Notes: generated by a model not told the origin, from the sequence alone. Positions 25,126 through 37,780 are shown, numbered from the stretch's first letter. The stretch is DNA of 62,413 nucleotides from Chiloscyllium plagiosum (GCF_004010195.1 NC_057717.1:103481026-103543438), one strand, 5' to 3'. Numbers and translations are program-made.

Positions 25126-26875
25126 TCTGGTTTCTGGAGCCTCACTCCAGAAAGGAAACAATATCTTCAGGAGGGATGTACAGAGAGAAGGTGATGAAAG
25201 CCAGCCCATAAGAAGGTAAAATGTGTGTAGACTAAGCCATTGGTTCCAAGCTCTTACAGAGATACTCTTCTGGCACAGTGTGTTTTATATCACAACATTT
25301 TCATTATTCATTCCCAATCAGCTGTAACCCAAGAACTTTGGAGTGACTGGGCTGGTAAGCAAAGGCCTATTGAAATGATTAAAACTCACAAAACATTGCC
25401 GATTACAGCAAGAATTATTCCTTCATAAAACATGACCACTGTCAAAATTTGAAGTTGAATTTAGGGGAATGTTTAAACTCCAGTGAGAAGCAGCTGTAAG
25501 CCACATTTGCAGGCAAAGATTCTCCAAGGCTTAGAGTTTGCTGTAATTGATAGCAAGAGCATGGAAGGGACAGTATCAATGTCAGCTCTAGATCTTACCC
25601 ATTACTCATCCTCTGAAAGCATGGGGTGACCATGCAAGGCTCTGGGTTACGGATTGCATTTCAGTCTTTCAGCCATAACCTCAGGAGGAACAGCTAGACA
25701 GAATTGGTGATTTCAGCCAGAAAATCAAGGTGTTTCTACTTGGTGATGACATCACTAAGATCGCCCATGTCTGTAACGTCACCCGACATGGTCTGTCTTA
25801 GCTCATCCACTGATGAGTTCCTCCCTCCTGCCTTTACATATAGACCTGACCATTCCAACACACTGGTCTCCCACTTCCTGGGCTGACAGCAAACCCCATT
25901 CCCCTGTGCTCACACGCTGCTATCCAACAGAAGGAACTTCAAACTTCTCAACCAAGTTTCTAAACGCATCCCACCTTGACAAAACTCCTCCGTGCTCCAC
26001 TCGTCCATGCCCACCACCCTCCGTGATACCTGTATTCCCTTAATGCATGCCTCTTGTGCATCCTCAGTTTCAGTCAGTTTACCAATGGTGGCCGTACTTT
26101 CAGGTGGCAAGGTCCAGGCTCTTACACTCTCCCCTAAACTTCTCCACCACACTTTCCTCTGTGGATTCACTCACTGAAACCTACTTCTTTGACGTAGCTC
26201 ACACCCACCTGACCTCATTGTAACGCTCCAGAGGAGAATCCTGCAGAATGTTTTCATCAGATGAAAGTACATAAGGACAAGTTATTATAGTTCTGGACTC
26301 TTACTCTGATCTGACCATCCACTACGGTGGTGTAAAACTAAGTCAATCTACTTGGCAGGTTGGGTAGCTCAGTGACTGTCACCTACCTGGGGTACCACAG
26401 CTATTTCAGGTATTACTGGTACCAAATATCATGGGTACCACAGATATCTTGGAATGCCTCAGGCTACCCTGTGTAAAGCACCTCCTGTCCACTCGAACAT
26501 GTGGAAAACATGCTGAAGATACTTGACAGATGTGTCGGCATTTGTGGTTAATATTTCAGGAAGGTGACCTCTCAAGACAACAGTATAGAAACACGAACTC
26601 AGTCGCCCCCACCCCATCCCCCTCCTCCCCACCCCCCCCCACTTCCACCGACACTGACCTGCTGAGCATTTCCAGCATTTGCTCTTTTTATTACAGATTT
26701 CATGAGTCTACAGCCTTGACCAGAGCAAGTTATCTTCACCAGGCCAGGAAATCAGAGCCCCACTGAACAGCCAAACACAGAGCCAAGCCACAGGCTGTCT
26801 GTGAGAGTGCGGGGATACATCTCTCTGCAAATTCCTCTCAGAAACTGCAGGAATCATATTGGCTGTTCCTTCAGT

Positions 26876-27203
26876 ATCATAGAATTCCCTACAGTGTGGG
26901 ATCAGGCCATTTGGCCCAACAAATCCACACCGACCCTTCGGAGAGTAACCCACCAAGACCCATTCCCCCATCCTGTTACTCTACATTTACCCTGACTAAC
27001 GGCACTAGCCTACACATCTATGATGGGGGCAATTTAGCGTGGACCAATGCACCTAAGCTCCACATCTTTGGACTGTGGGAGGAAACCTATACAGACACAG
27101 GGAGAATGTGCAAACTCCACACAGACAGTCACCCGAGGCTGGAATCAAACACAGGTCCCTAGTGCTGTGAGGCAGCAGTGCTAACCACTGAGCCACCGTG
27201 CCA
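26876..27203 (-). mobile_element. HE1-like V-SINE, full length
   Basis: Head gcacggtggctcagtggttagcactgctgcctcacagc on the minus strand, with tail at 26876. Confidence 0.92.
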
Positions 27204-27436
27204 CTGGGTTGAAATGCTGAAAAGTACTGTAACATTTGATTTATTCATTCACAGGATATGGACATCATTAGTATTTATTACTCATCCCTAATTGCCCAGA
27301 GTCAACCACAATGCTGTGGGTCTGGAGTTATATCTAGGCCAGACCAGGACAGTATTTCCCTTCCTGAGATGACATTTAGGAACAAAAATGTATGTGTCCA
27401 ATATTCATTTCATGGTCATTGTTAGCCTTTTAATTC

Positions 27437-27650
27437 CAAAGTTAAAAATCACACAACACCGGGTTGTAGTCCAACAGGTTTAATTGGAAGCACTAGCTTT
27501 CAGAGCACTGCTTCTTCATCACAGCCACCCGATGAAGGAGCGTCGCTCCGAAAGCTAGTGCTTCCAATTAAACCTGTTGGACTACAACCTGGTGTTGTGT
27601 GATTTTTAACTTTGTATACCCCAGTCTAACACCAGCATCTCCAAATCATA
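27437..27650. mobile_element. Penelope-like fold-back (84-bp arms, 10-nt loop) with mutated hammerhead
   Basis: Arms at 27437-27520 and 27531-27614. Motif ccGATGA-A-GGAGC(GTC)GCTCC-GAAA-GCTAGTG. A half copy lies at ~40538-40630. Confidence 0.85.
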
Positions 27651-28654
27651 ACTCTTAATTACAGATTTTTTTAAACACTGAATTCAAATTCTACCATAGC
27701 AGCTCTTGAATCCAGACCCCAAGAACATTGCAAGGTGCTGGTATCAACAGCCACGAGATAATACCAGAGTCTGGGGGGTGGCGGTGGGGGAGGAGGGGGG
27801 GTGGTGGGGGCGACTGGGTTCGTGTTTCTATGCTGTTGTCTTGAAAGTATCTTCAGCATGTTTTCCACATGTTCGAGTGGACAGGAGGTGCTTTACACAG
27901 GGTAGCCTGAGGCATTCCAAGATATCTGTGGTACCCATTGTCTCCCAACTGTGCAATGAGGCAGATCACCACCTTCTTCAGGGCAATTAGAGCTAGCCAC
28001 GCCTGTGAATGATTAAAAAACTGGTCTAATCCAGATTCTTTTTTGCACCCAATTGCAATCAACAGTTTGTCAAACTCTTTCATAATTACCTGAAACCTTG
28101 AAATGAGAGGGAAATATTAATCCTCAGAGAGCCACCTGCTCACATCATTAAAACATCCTAATCATCTGTACAGTTAATAGAGAAATGAACCTCAGTTGTA
28201 CCATTTCCAGAGCTGTCAGTTATTCCTTCTCTTTGAGGTATTATTCACGCTGTCCTTTTACAGGATAAATTTGCATTAAAATATTGCAATTGAAACTCAG
28301 ATCACATCATCCTCTGACAGACTACTGCAACATTGAGCAGAAAACTAGAAAACGTAAAGGACAGGGAAAATTTCACTGAACCTAGATTGAGTTTATCTTA
28401 ATTGTGGAAGATATTCAGTTGATTAAACATGAGTTTTGTGAAGCATTAATTCTCGAACTCCTGTGTGCACCAGAGTAAATCGATTATGATAAGGCAGGAG
28501 CACCTTGCCGTGTGTGGTGTCACAGCCTTCAGCACAGCATTGATGATGAAGACTACAGCAGTCGAGTGTCAAATCCTAAAAGCTGTTATTGTACATTGAT
28601 GGCTGAGAGCAAGTGAAAGAGGTATGATAACTATTCCGGTAAACTCCACTAGCT

Positions 28655-29660
28655 CTTACACCCTTCCTAACTTTGTAACCTCCTCCAGCCCCTACACCCC
28701 CTCCCTAACTCTGTAATCTCCTCCAGCCCCTATACTCCCTCCCTGTATGTCACCTCCTCCAGCTCCTATCCCCCTTCCTGTCTCTGCCCCTATACCCCCC
28801 TCCCTATCCCTGTCATCTCCTCCAGCTCCTACACCCCCTATCTCTGTAACCTCCTCCAGCCTCTATACCCCACCCTATCTCTATAACCTCCTCCAGCCCC
28901 TACACCCCCTCCCTAACTCTGTAATCTCCTCCAGCCCCTATACTCCCTCCCTGTATGTCACCTCCTCCAGCTCCTATCCCCCTTCCTGTCTCTGCCCCTA
29001 TACCCCCCTCCCTATCCCTGTCATCTCCTCCAGCTCCTACACCCCCTATCTCTGTAACCTCCTCCAGCCTCTATACCCCACCCTATCTCTATAACCTCCT
29101 CCAGCCCCTACACCCCTCACTATCTCTGTAGCCTCCTCCTGCCCCTACACCCTCCCTTTCTCTGTAACCTCCTCCAGTTTCTATATCTCTGCCAATCTCT
29201 GTAACCTCCTCCAGCCACTATATCCATCCCAATCTCTGTAACCTCCTCCAGCTCCATCTCTCCCAATTTCTGTAACTTCCTCCAGCCCCTACACCCCTCC
29301 CTATCTCTGTAACATCCTCCAGCCCCTACAATAGACAATAGGTGCAGGAGTAGGCCATTCTGCCCTTCGAGCCTGCACCACCATCTAGCTCCTACACCCC
29401 CTCCGTATCTCTGCAACCCCCTCCAGCTCTTACACACCTTCCCTATCTCTGTCACCTAATCCAGCTCTTATGCACCTCCCTATCTCTGTTATCCCCTCCA
29501 GCCCCTGTACCCCTCTCTATCCTCGTAAGTTCCTCCAGTCTCTATACCTCTCCCTATCTCTGTAACTTCCTCCAGCGCCTCCCTATCCCTGTAATCTCCT
29601 CCAGCCCCTCCCTATCCCCGTAACCACTGCCAGTCCCTACATTCCTCCCTATCTCTGGTT
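28655..29660. repeat. ~38-39 bp C-rich minisatellite (ctctgtaacctcctccagcccctacacccctccctat)n with an exact 208-bp higher-order duplication
   Basis: Read directly; 28681 and 28889 start identical blocks. A short CR1 tail is inserted at ~29329-29385. Confidence 0.93.
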
Positions 29661-30616
29661 TGTCACATTTCGTGTTGAAGGGAAGCTGGGAATGATAGGA
29701 AAGGTCAGATGAAGATAAGAGATGAAATTGTTTAGCTCTCTATAGTTTGTCTTGGGAGTGGGAGGGAGGTGTCAATGAAAACTGAGATAATTTGTTGGAC
29801 TAAAGCTACCCTTTTGATCATTTCCTTAGCATTGTAACAATCTTAAAAATGTTACTGATTATGAGCACACACTTGAGCTGTTTTGTTTAATACAATTTAA
29901 TAACGTTAAGCATCAAAGATTGATGCGATAGTTACATGTATAGACAATTTTGTAGTGCACTATATGAAACCTGACACAGTAAATCTGACTGCGATGTCTA
30001 TTGGAGTAAACTCTCGAATGAATACAAAGTTAAAACTGATGGCAAGCAATAAGACAAAGCTATTTGTGCTTGAGAAATATTTATGGAATGTTAATTGTAA
30101 CTCTATTTGCACTGAGCCCTGCCTCACATATAGACTTTTAACCCAACTATTATGAGGTTACTCTTCAAGAGAGAAGTTAATTTGTTTCGCTGTCTGTTTA
30201 AATTAATTTTATCCAATTGAATTGAATTTAACTAAGTTTAAGTCCTTTGTACCATTCCATATTATTGAATGATTACAGAGGCACTGGAGATGGTGCAGGA
30301 AGGTTTCACAGAGGTGGATGGGCATAGGTTCCAGAAAAACCAGACAAGCTTGAGAGTATGTCTGTGGAAGGCTGAGCTGTGATGATAGGAACCTTCAAAC
30401 TTTTCAGGGGGTTTGGAGGGAGAGATGTCGAGTGCAGGTTTCAAATTATGGGAGAGTCCAAAGCAAACAGTAAGATAAATATATGACAGTCATTGTGTTT
30501 GGACTGTTGTGGCACAGTGGTAATGCCCCCACCTCTGAACCTGGAGGCCTGGGTTCAAGTCCCACTGGTTCCAGAGGGTATATAGTAACTTCTCTGAACT
30601 GGCTGATTAGAAAATC

Positions 30617-31015
30617 AGGGTGGCTCAGTGTTTAGCACTGCTGCCTCGCAGCGCCAGGGACCTGGGTTCAATCCCACCTTTGAGCGACTGTCTGAGTGGA
30701 GTTTGTTTCAAACTCCTATGTGCTTCAGAATAAATCGATTATGATAAGGCAGTAGCATCTTGCAGTGTGTAGTGTCACAGCCTTTGGTACAACATTGACA
30801 AAGAAGCCAATATTGTGTGTCAAATCGCAGGTTTTCTCCCACAGTCCAAAGATGTGCGCTTTAAGTGGATTGGCCATACTAAATTATCAATAGTGTCCAG
30901 GGATTGTGCAGACTAGATGGGTCAGCCATAGGAAATGCAGGGTTACAGGGATGAGATGGGATGCTATGCTGATGGGCTGAATGACCTGTTTCCACATTGT
31001 AGGGATTCTATTCTA
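30617..31015 (+). mobile_element. HE1-like V-SINE carrying a foreign 121-nt insert (30706-30826)
   Basis: Head and body are interrupted after 'gtggagtttg' and resume at 'ggttttctcccacagtccaaagatgtgc'. Confidence 0.88.
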
Positions 31016-31892
31016 TGAATATAAGTCATTGATAAATCCAACAGAGCGGTTTGGAGAAATTGATAGGGTTCGTGGTAACAAAGGATGTGATTGAGGTGAA
31101 CAACGTGAATCTATTTGAGTGGAAGCTGACTAAAGACACAAGGGAGAGAGTGGGACAAAGGGAAGCTGATGGCATGAGATGAAGTAGGGTGGGAGGAGAC
31201 TCGAGTGCAGCATAAAGACCAGATGGGCCAAATGGCCTGTTGCTGCGTTGTAATGGTACGTGGTTTCTATGTCACTCTTTAGATATTCCCTCTTTACTGA
31301 TGCAATCTAAAACAATTTCTTTTCTTTGTCTAACAGCAGACAATTGCTCCTGTATTTTCTTTTATCTCAAATGAACATCGGCAAGACTGTGAAACACAAG
31401 ATTGTGAAATGCAGCATTTGAAATGAACATTACTTAGCAGTCAATTTCAACTGGCTCACCCTGTCCACCCAACCTCATCTCGAGCCATTAGAAGCACATT
31501 GTGCCGCTGTTGAATCACTCAACAAGCCAGCGCCGCACTGATTGAGCACTCACATTTTCCACAACCAATTTACTTCCGTAATTAATCAGTGGCTATTTAA
31601 ATCAGTTTGTGAACCGCACAAAAATGAAAATGTAAAGCAAGCATTGCCGGATGTACATTCACAATAAATCTTGCCGAAATTGCTCTCATTTGCATTCCAA
31701 GTTGTTTGTTTTAAACCTTCCCCAAATAAATAAGTTGCTGAGGTTGGCTTTTCGTTTCCATTGCGATGGGTCTTTGCAAATAGTAATCTCCCCACACAGT
31801 TGCAAGTTTACATCCTCTCTAAATCTATGGGACATCAAGAAACTGAGCATTTCTCGATTAAATAAACTCCATATCTTCTCTGTGACAAAACG

Positions 31893-32650
31893 ATGTTGCC
31901 AGAGTTGGAAGGTTTGAGCTACAGGCAAAGACTGAATAGGCTGATGCTTTTTTCCCTGGCGCGTCGGAGGCTGAGGGATGAACTTAGAGAAGTTTATGAC
32001 ATTATGAGGGGCATGGATAGGGTGAACAGCCAAGGTCTTTTTCCCAGGGCAGTTGAGTGCAAAACTGGAGGGCATAGGTTTAAAGTGAGAGTCATAGAGT
32101 CATAGAGATGTACAGCACAGAAACAGACTCTTCAGTCCAATTCATCCATGCCGACCAGATATCCTAAATTAATCTAGTCCCACTTGTCAGCACTTGGCCC
32201 GTAGCATTCTAAACCCTTCCTATTTATATACCCATTCAGATGATTTTTAAATGCTGTAATTGTACCAGCCCCTCCACTTCCTCTGGCAGCTCATTCCATA
32301 CATGTACCACCTTCTGCGTGAAAACGTTGCCTCTTTGGTCCCTTTTAAACCTTTCCCCTCTCACCCTAAACCTATCCCCTCTAGTTCTGACTCCAGGGGA
32401 AAGATTTAAACGAGACCTAAGGGGCAACATTTTCACGCAGAGGATGGTACATTGTATTGAATGAGCTGCCAGAGGAAGTGGTGGATGCAGGTGCAATCAC
32501 AATATTTAAAATGTGCCTGGATAGGTATAGGGATAGAAAAAGTTGAGAGGGATATGGGCCAAATGCTGGCAAATGGGACTAGATTGGATTAGGATATCTG
32601 GTCAGCATGGACGAGTTGGACCAAAGGACATCTCTATGACTCTATGACCC
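31893..32650. mobile_element. Nested CR1 3' ends (+/-/+) forming a long inverted repeat
   Basis: A plus fragment is split at gtgaga|ggggaaag by a minus-strand CR1 3' end (~32091-32394). Confidence 0.88.
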
Positions 32651-32839
32651 AGCCTATCTCATACGACATTCAACCATATTTAACTCCAGTCTTGCCCAAA
32701 TAAAAGCAAAATACTTCAGATGCTGGAGATCTGAAATAAAGCCAGAAAGTGGCTGGAGAAACTCAGTGGGTCTGGCAACATTTGTGGAGAGAAAAAAGAG
32801 TGAGTAATAATGCATGACAGAATTCTTCATTAAGATGGA

Positions 32840-34025
32840 GAGTCAGGTAGCTCATTCCCGAGACTAAGTTCCTGAATCTAAATAGAGGAAACTACAATGA
32901 GGCACAAACTAGCTATGATAGATTAGAGACGCTACTTAAAGGAATGACGATAGCAACGACATAAACTTGTGAACTGCAGCAATTGTTCATTCCTGCCTGG
33001 CACCAAAGTAAAATGGAAAATGTGAACCAACCATGGTTACAAAGGAAATTATAGATAACATTGGATCCAAAGAAGAGGCATACAAATTGGTCAGAAAGCA
33101 ACAGCCAACTTGAGGAGTGGGAGCAGTTTAGAATTCACCAAAGGAGGACAAAGGGTTTGATGAAGAAAGGGAAAATGGACTGCGCAAGGAAGCTTGTGAA
33201 GAACTGACTGTAAAAGTTACTACATGAATATGAAGAGAAGCAGATTGGTGAAAACAGATGTAGGTCCCTGACAGTCAAAACCAGGGAAATTTATAATAGG
33301 GTACAAAGAAGTGGCTGCCCAACTAAATACATATCTTGGTTCTGTGTTCACAAAGGACAATACAATTAATATATCAGAAATGTTGAGGTGGGAGAAGGAT
33401 TTAGCGAGAAGGAGGATCTAAAGGAAATCAGTATGAGTAGAAAACTGTTGTTGGGGAAATTGATTGGCTTGAAGGCCACTAAATCCTCAGGGTCTGATAA
33501 TCTAATTCCCAGAGTATATAAGGAAGTAGCCCTAGATACCATGGATGCATTGGTGGCCATCTTCCAAGACTGTATAACTCAGGAACAGCTACTACAGATT
33601 GGAAGGTAGCTAATGTAACCCTAATGTAATGTATTTAAAAAGGGAGGTAGAGAGAAAACTGGTATTTATAAACCAATCATCATGATGTTGGTAGGGGTTG
33701 GAGTCCATTATAAAGGATTTAATAACAAAGCACTTGGCAGGATCAGAAAGAGTTGGCATGGATTTATGAAAGGAAAATCATGCTTGGCAAATCCAATGGA
33801 ATTCTTCAAGAATGTAACTTACAGAGTTGATGAGGGGGAGCTAGTAGGTGTGGTTCAGTTGGACTTTCAGAAAACTGTTGACAGACTCGTACATAAAAGA
33901 TTGGCATCTAAAATTAAAACACATAGGATTGAGAGGTGGTGTACGAAAATAGATTTTTTTAAAAAACTGGCTGGCAGACAGGAAATGAAGAGTAAGAATA
34001 AATAAGTAATTTTTTCCCAGATGGC
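32840..34025 (+). mobile_element. Old CR1 LINE internal fragment
   Basis: Encodes HGFMKGKSCLANPMEFF...VVQLDFQKTVD. Confidence 0.85.
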
Positions 34026-34089
34026 AGGCAGAGAGAGATGGATAGAGAAAGATACAAGGAGGGAGATAGGCGGAAAGATAGTGAGTACG

Positions 34090-34120
<31 letters not shown>

Positions 34121-34136
34121 AAGATAGACAGATAGA
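34090..34136. repeat. (GATA)n microsatellite
   Basis: Read directly from the sequence. Confidence 0.95.
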
Positions 34137-35154
34137 AGAACCATTGAGGGTGAAGTAGGGAATGGAAACTCTCAGCACTCTCTATGTCACTATTTCAGGA
34201 ATTGAGGATGATAATGAAGAGCTAGCTGATGATTGCAATGCAGCAAAGCTGCAGCCTCTGGAGAATTACTGAGTTGGGAGGTGTTGTCATTTCAGTATCA
34301 TATGATAGCAGCTGTCCATGATGCTCCCATGGTGTACTACTGGGGATAGTCTTCATACACTAGACACCTATCACAGAGCTGTCAACTACTCAGAGTTTGC
34401 AACTGGGGCATGTCACATACTGAAGAAGTTCTCCTGTGGCGATACTCATGAATATATTTGGAACCAGAGCTACTATCAATCAGAGTAGCTGCTGTGAATG
34501 GACAAGCTTTAATAGGCTTGTCTCCCCTAACCAATGCTTTCCCTTGTTGCTTGCTTGTAGTCAACTCATTTGTTGCTTCAGCCCCAAAACAGCTGTGAGT
34601 GTGCACACTGGAGAGACACAGCAAGCAAAAAAGAGGAACATAGCAGCAAGGGCTGGTCATTCAGCACCACTATTCAATTCGACCACAGTAATCTCTCCCT
34701 TAACTCCATCCACCTGGCTTGGTTCTTTAGTAAAGTATTGGACTCAGAAACAGGCCATTCGGCCCAAGATACCATGCTGGTGTTAATGCTCCAGACAAGT
34801 CTACTCCATTCTTTACTAACTCTACTCTGCCAACTGTAAGATGTGGGATCATAAGAAAATAGGCCATTCAGCCCATTGAGTCTGCTCTGCCTTACAATGA
34901 CATCATGGCTGATTTAAGAGTCCTCAACTCTACTTTTCTTACCTTTTCCCCACAAACCTTGAATCCCTTGCTGATTAGAATCTGTCTATCTCAGCCTTGA
35001 ATATACTTCACGACCCCTCCTTTTTCACGTACCACCCTCTGCGTGAAAGACTTGCCTTGTAGGTCTCTTTTATATCTTTCTCCTCTCACCCTAAACTTGG
35101 GTGAAGATTTTTTTTCTGAATTCCCTGTTGGATTTCTTGGTGACAGCTTCTAGT

Positions 35155-35720
35155 TCTGATTTGATTTATCATTGTCACACGTTCTGAGATATAGTGAAAA
35201 GTGTTATTTTATGTGCTAATCATACCTTACATAAGTACGTCAGTGTATTGGAACAGAATACAGAATATAGTGTTATAGCTGCAGAGAAAGATCAACTCTA
35301 ATACATGAGGGGTCAGTACCACAAGTATGACAACAGCGGGAAAGAAGCGTTCTTAAATCTGTTGGTACGTGTTTTCAAACTTTTGTATCTTCTGCCCAAT
35401 GGAAGAGGTTGGAAGAGAGTGTAACTGGGGTGGGAGGGATCTGTAATGATGTTGGCTGCTTTCTTGAAGCAGTGGTAAGTGTATGTGGAGTCAATGGATG
35501 GGAGGCTGGTTTGTGTGATGGACTGGGCTGTGCTCATAACTCTCTGTAGTTCTTTACAGTCTTGGGCAGAGCAGTTGTTGTACGAAGCCGTGATGCATCC
35601 ACATTGGATGTTTTCTATGTTGCATCCATAAAATTAGTTGGAATTATTATAGACATGCTGAATTCCCTTAGCCTTCTGAGGAAGTCGAGGTGTCAGTGTG
35701 CATTCTTGACTGTAGCAGTA
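35155..35720 (-). mobile_element. Rex1/Babar-like LINE 3' end
   Basis: Encodes AQSITQTSLPSIDS...KAANIITDPSHPSYTLFQPLPLGRRYKSLKTRTNRFKN. Confidence 0.8.
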
Positions 35721-35869
35721 CTGCTCCATCACACAAAAGGAAACATTGTCTCTGTATCCATGCTGTCAAAACCTTTCATCATTTCAAAGTTCTCAATTAA
35801 GTCACCCCTTGCTAAAGAGAAGTGGGACTCAGCCTGTGAATCATTTCCTAATGTACAAACTCACACATG

Positions 35870-36686
35870 TGTTATGAAGGTGAAACGTGTACTGTTCCTT
35901 TAAGAGAGTGAAGGACTGAGCAGGCTGGAGAATTTACAATGTAACATTTGATCCAGCAGCTAGCACTGGCTGAGTTGCTATGAGACAAAAAAAACAAATT
36001 TGAATTCAGGCCAATCAGGTTAAATTATACCCCAAAATACCAACCTCCAATCAAGTTTGAATTTAATATATTGACAATATTAAAAACCAATGAAACAATC
36101 CAATGCTTTGGGTATAAGACCAGGGAAAAATTGAACAGTTAAGGGGAGAACTGCCAAGCCACCAGCATGTACAGACTGCACGAACTACAACTCTCTTGAC
36201 AATATTAAAAACCAATGAAACAATCCAATGCTTTGGGGTATAAGACCAGGGAAAAATTGAACAGTTAAGGGGAGAACTGCCAAGCCACCAGCATGTACAG
36301 ACTGCACGAACTACAACTCTCTTAAAGGTACCTTTATTGATCAGTGACCTATGAAACAGAAATCCCTATGAAGAAGAAAATCTACAGAGGAAGATAGAAA
36401 GGAAAGATTCGACAGCTACCTGGTTTTGAAATTTGAATTTTTGGTAAATCTTACTCAGAGGTTTTATCGGACTAGTATTATAGAAGGGAAAGTAAAAGAT
36501 AGGTTAGAGGAAGGAATTATTGATAATTAATTGTTAATTACATCTGTTATACTTTAAGAAATAAAGTTGTTAATTTTTACTTTAAATAGTTCTTGGCCTC
36601 ACAAATTTTCACAGATTACTGCACAGGATAAATCTTTTCTGTGTTGCTGGTTTAAATTAAGCAAGGGGGTTTAACTGTGTGGAACA
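35870..36686 (+). mobile_element. Solo LTR (817 bp), TGTT...AACA termini, 4-bp TSD CATG
   Basis: CATG at 35866-35869 and 36687-36690. CCAAT boxes, TATAAGA, and AATAAA at ~36560. Confidence 0.8.
36071..36321. repeat. 125/126-bp tandem duplication inside the LTR
   Basis: 36071-36195 and 36196-36321 are identical except for one extra G. Confidence 0.95.
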
Positions 36687-37394
36687 CATGCCTGGTATCA
36701 TGCTCTCTGCACCCTCTCCTGAGCAATAGAAGGGTTACAGAGACTAGAAGGCAATGGACAGTTGAGGCCACAATGAGTTCAGCCGTGACGTTATTGAAGG
36801 TTGCGACAGCTTCGAAGGGCCGAACGGTCTTCTCCTACTCCCAACTCACATTGTTTGTCTACACCATGTATGTGACTGGTGAACAGTTTGATAGGAGTGA
36901 GTTCCAGATTTTCGCAGTCCTTTGTGTGAATAGCCAGTCTCACCCAGAGCAACCCAGAGATCAGAGTATTCCACTGTAGTAGTAAGCACCATTGTTCCCT
37001 ATTCATTACTACAGAAAGTAGCTGATGCTAAGACATTGAATTTATTCAAGAGGTGGTTAGATATAGAGATGGGGAGAGTGGGGGAGAACAGGATTAGGCT
37101 ATTGACTTGGATGATTGGCCATGATCGTGATGAATGGCAGAGCAGCTCCAAGAGTCGAATGGCCTCCTCCTGCTCCTATCCTCTATGTTTCTATACCAGT
37201 CTCTGTGTAGTTATTTCAGGGGGATTTGAACATATGTTCCCAGAGGATTAGATTAGGGTTCTAGATTACTAATCCAGTGACATTACCACAACAACACCAC
37301 TTCCTCCCTGTAAGGATAGTCCGTGAAAGCGTGCAAAAAAGACATAGCATAAATGCAATTGGTGTTGATGAGGAGAGATTACACAAATTAAGCT

Positions 37395-37780
37395 AGTTTT
37401 CTCTCAAAATTAGAAATTTAAGAGGTTCTTTGATCAATATATTATCAGGGAATGACAGGGTAGATAAACTATTTCCACTGGTTGGGGACTCTAGAACTAG
37501 GGAGCAGAGCCTGAGAATTAGGGCCAGACCGTTCAGGAGAGATGTTCGGAAGCACTTCCACACACAAAAGAGTGGGAGAGGTTTGGAGCTCTCTTCCACA
37601 AGTGGCAGTGGATGCTGGATCAGTTGTTAATTTTAAATCTGAGACAGATCATCTTTTGTAAATCAAAGGGAAATGGGTCAATGGCAGGTACATGGAGTTG
37701 GGCCACCAATTGGCCATGATCTCACTGAATAGCAGAACAGGCTGGAGGGGCTGATTGGCCTACTCCAGTTCCTACGTTGA
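37395..37780 (+). mobile_element. CR1 LINE 3' end
   Basis: Encodes DRVDKLFPLVGDSRTREQSLRIRARPFRRDVRKHF. Confidence 0.85.

Larger units (their letters stand above)
26431..27938. repeat. Inverted duplication: arms ~26431-26645 and ~27775-27938
   Basis: 26431-26524 is the exact reverse complement of 27845-27938 (94/94). Similarity resumes after a 47-nt indel. Confidence 0.93.

Noticed and set aside
34660..34672. REST/NRSE site
   Set aside because: Only the left half (TTCAGCACCAC) is present; GGACAG does not follow.
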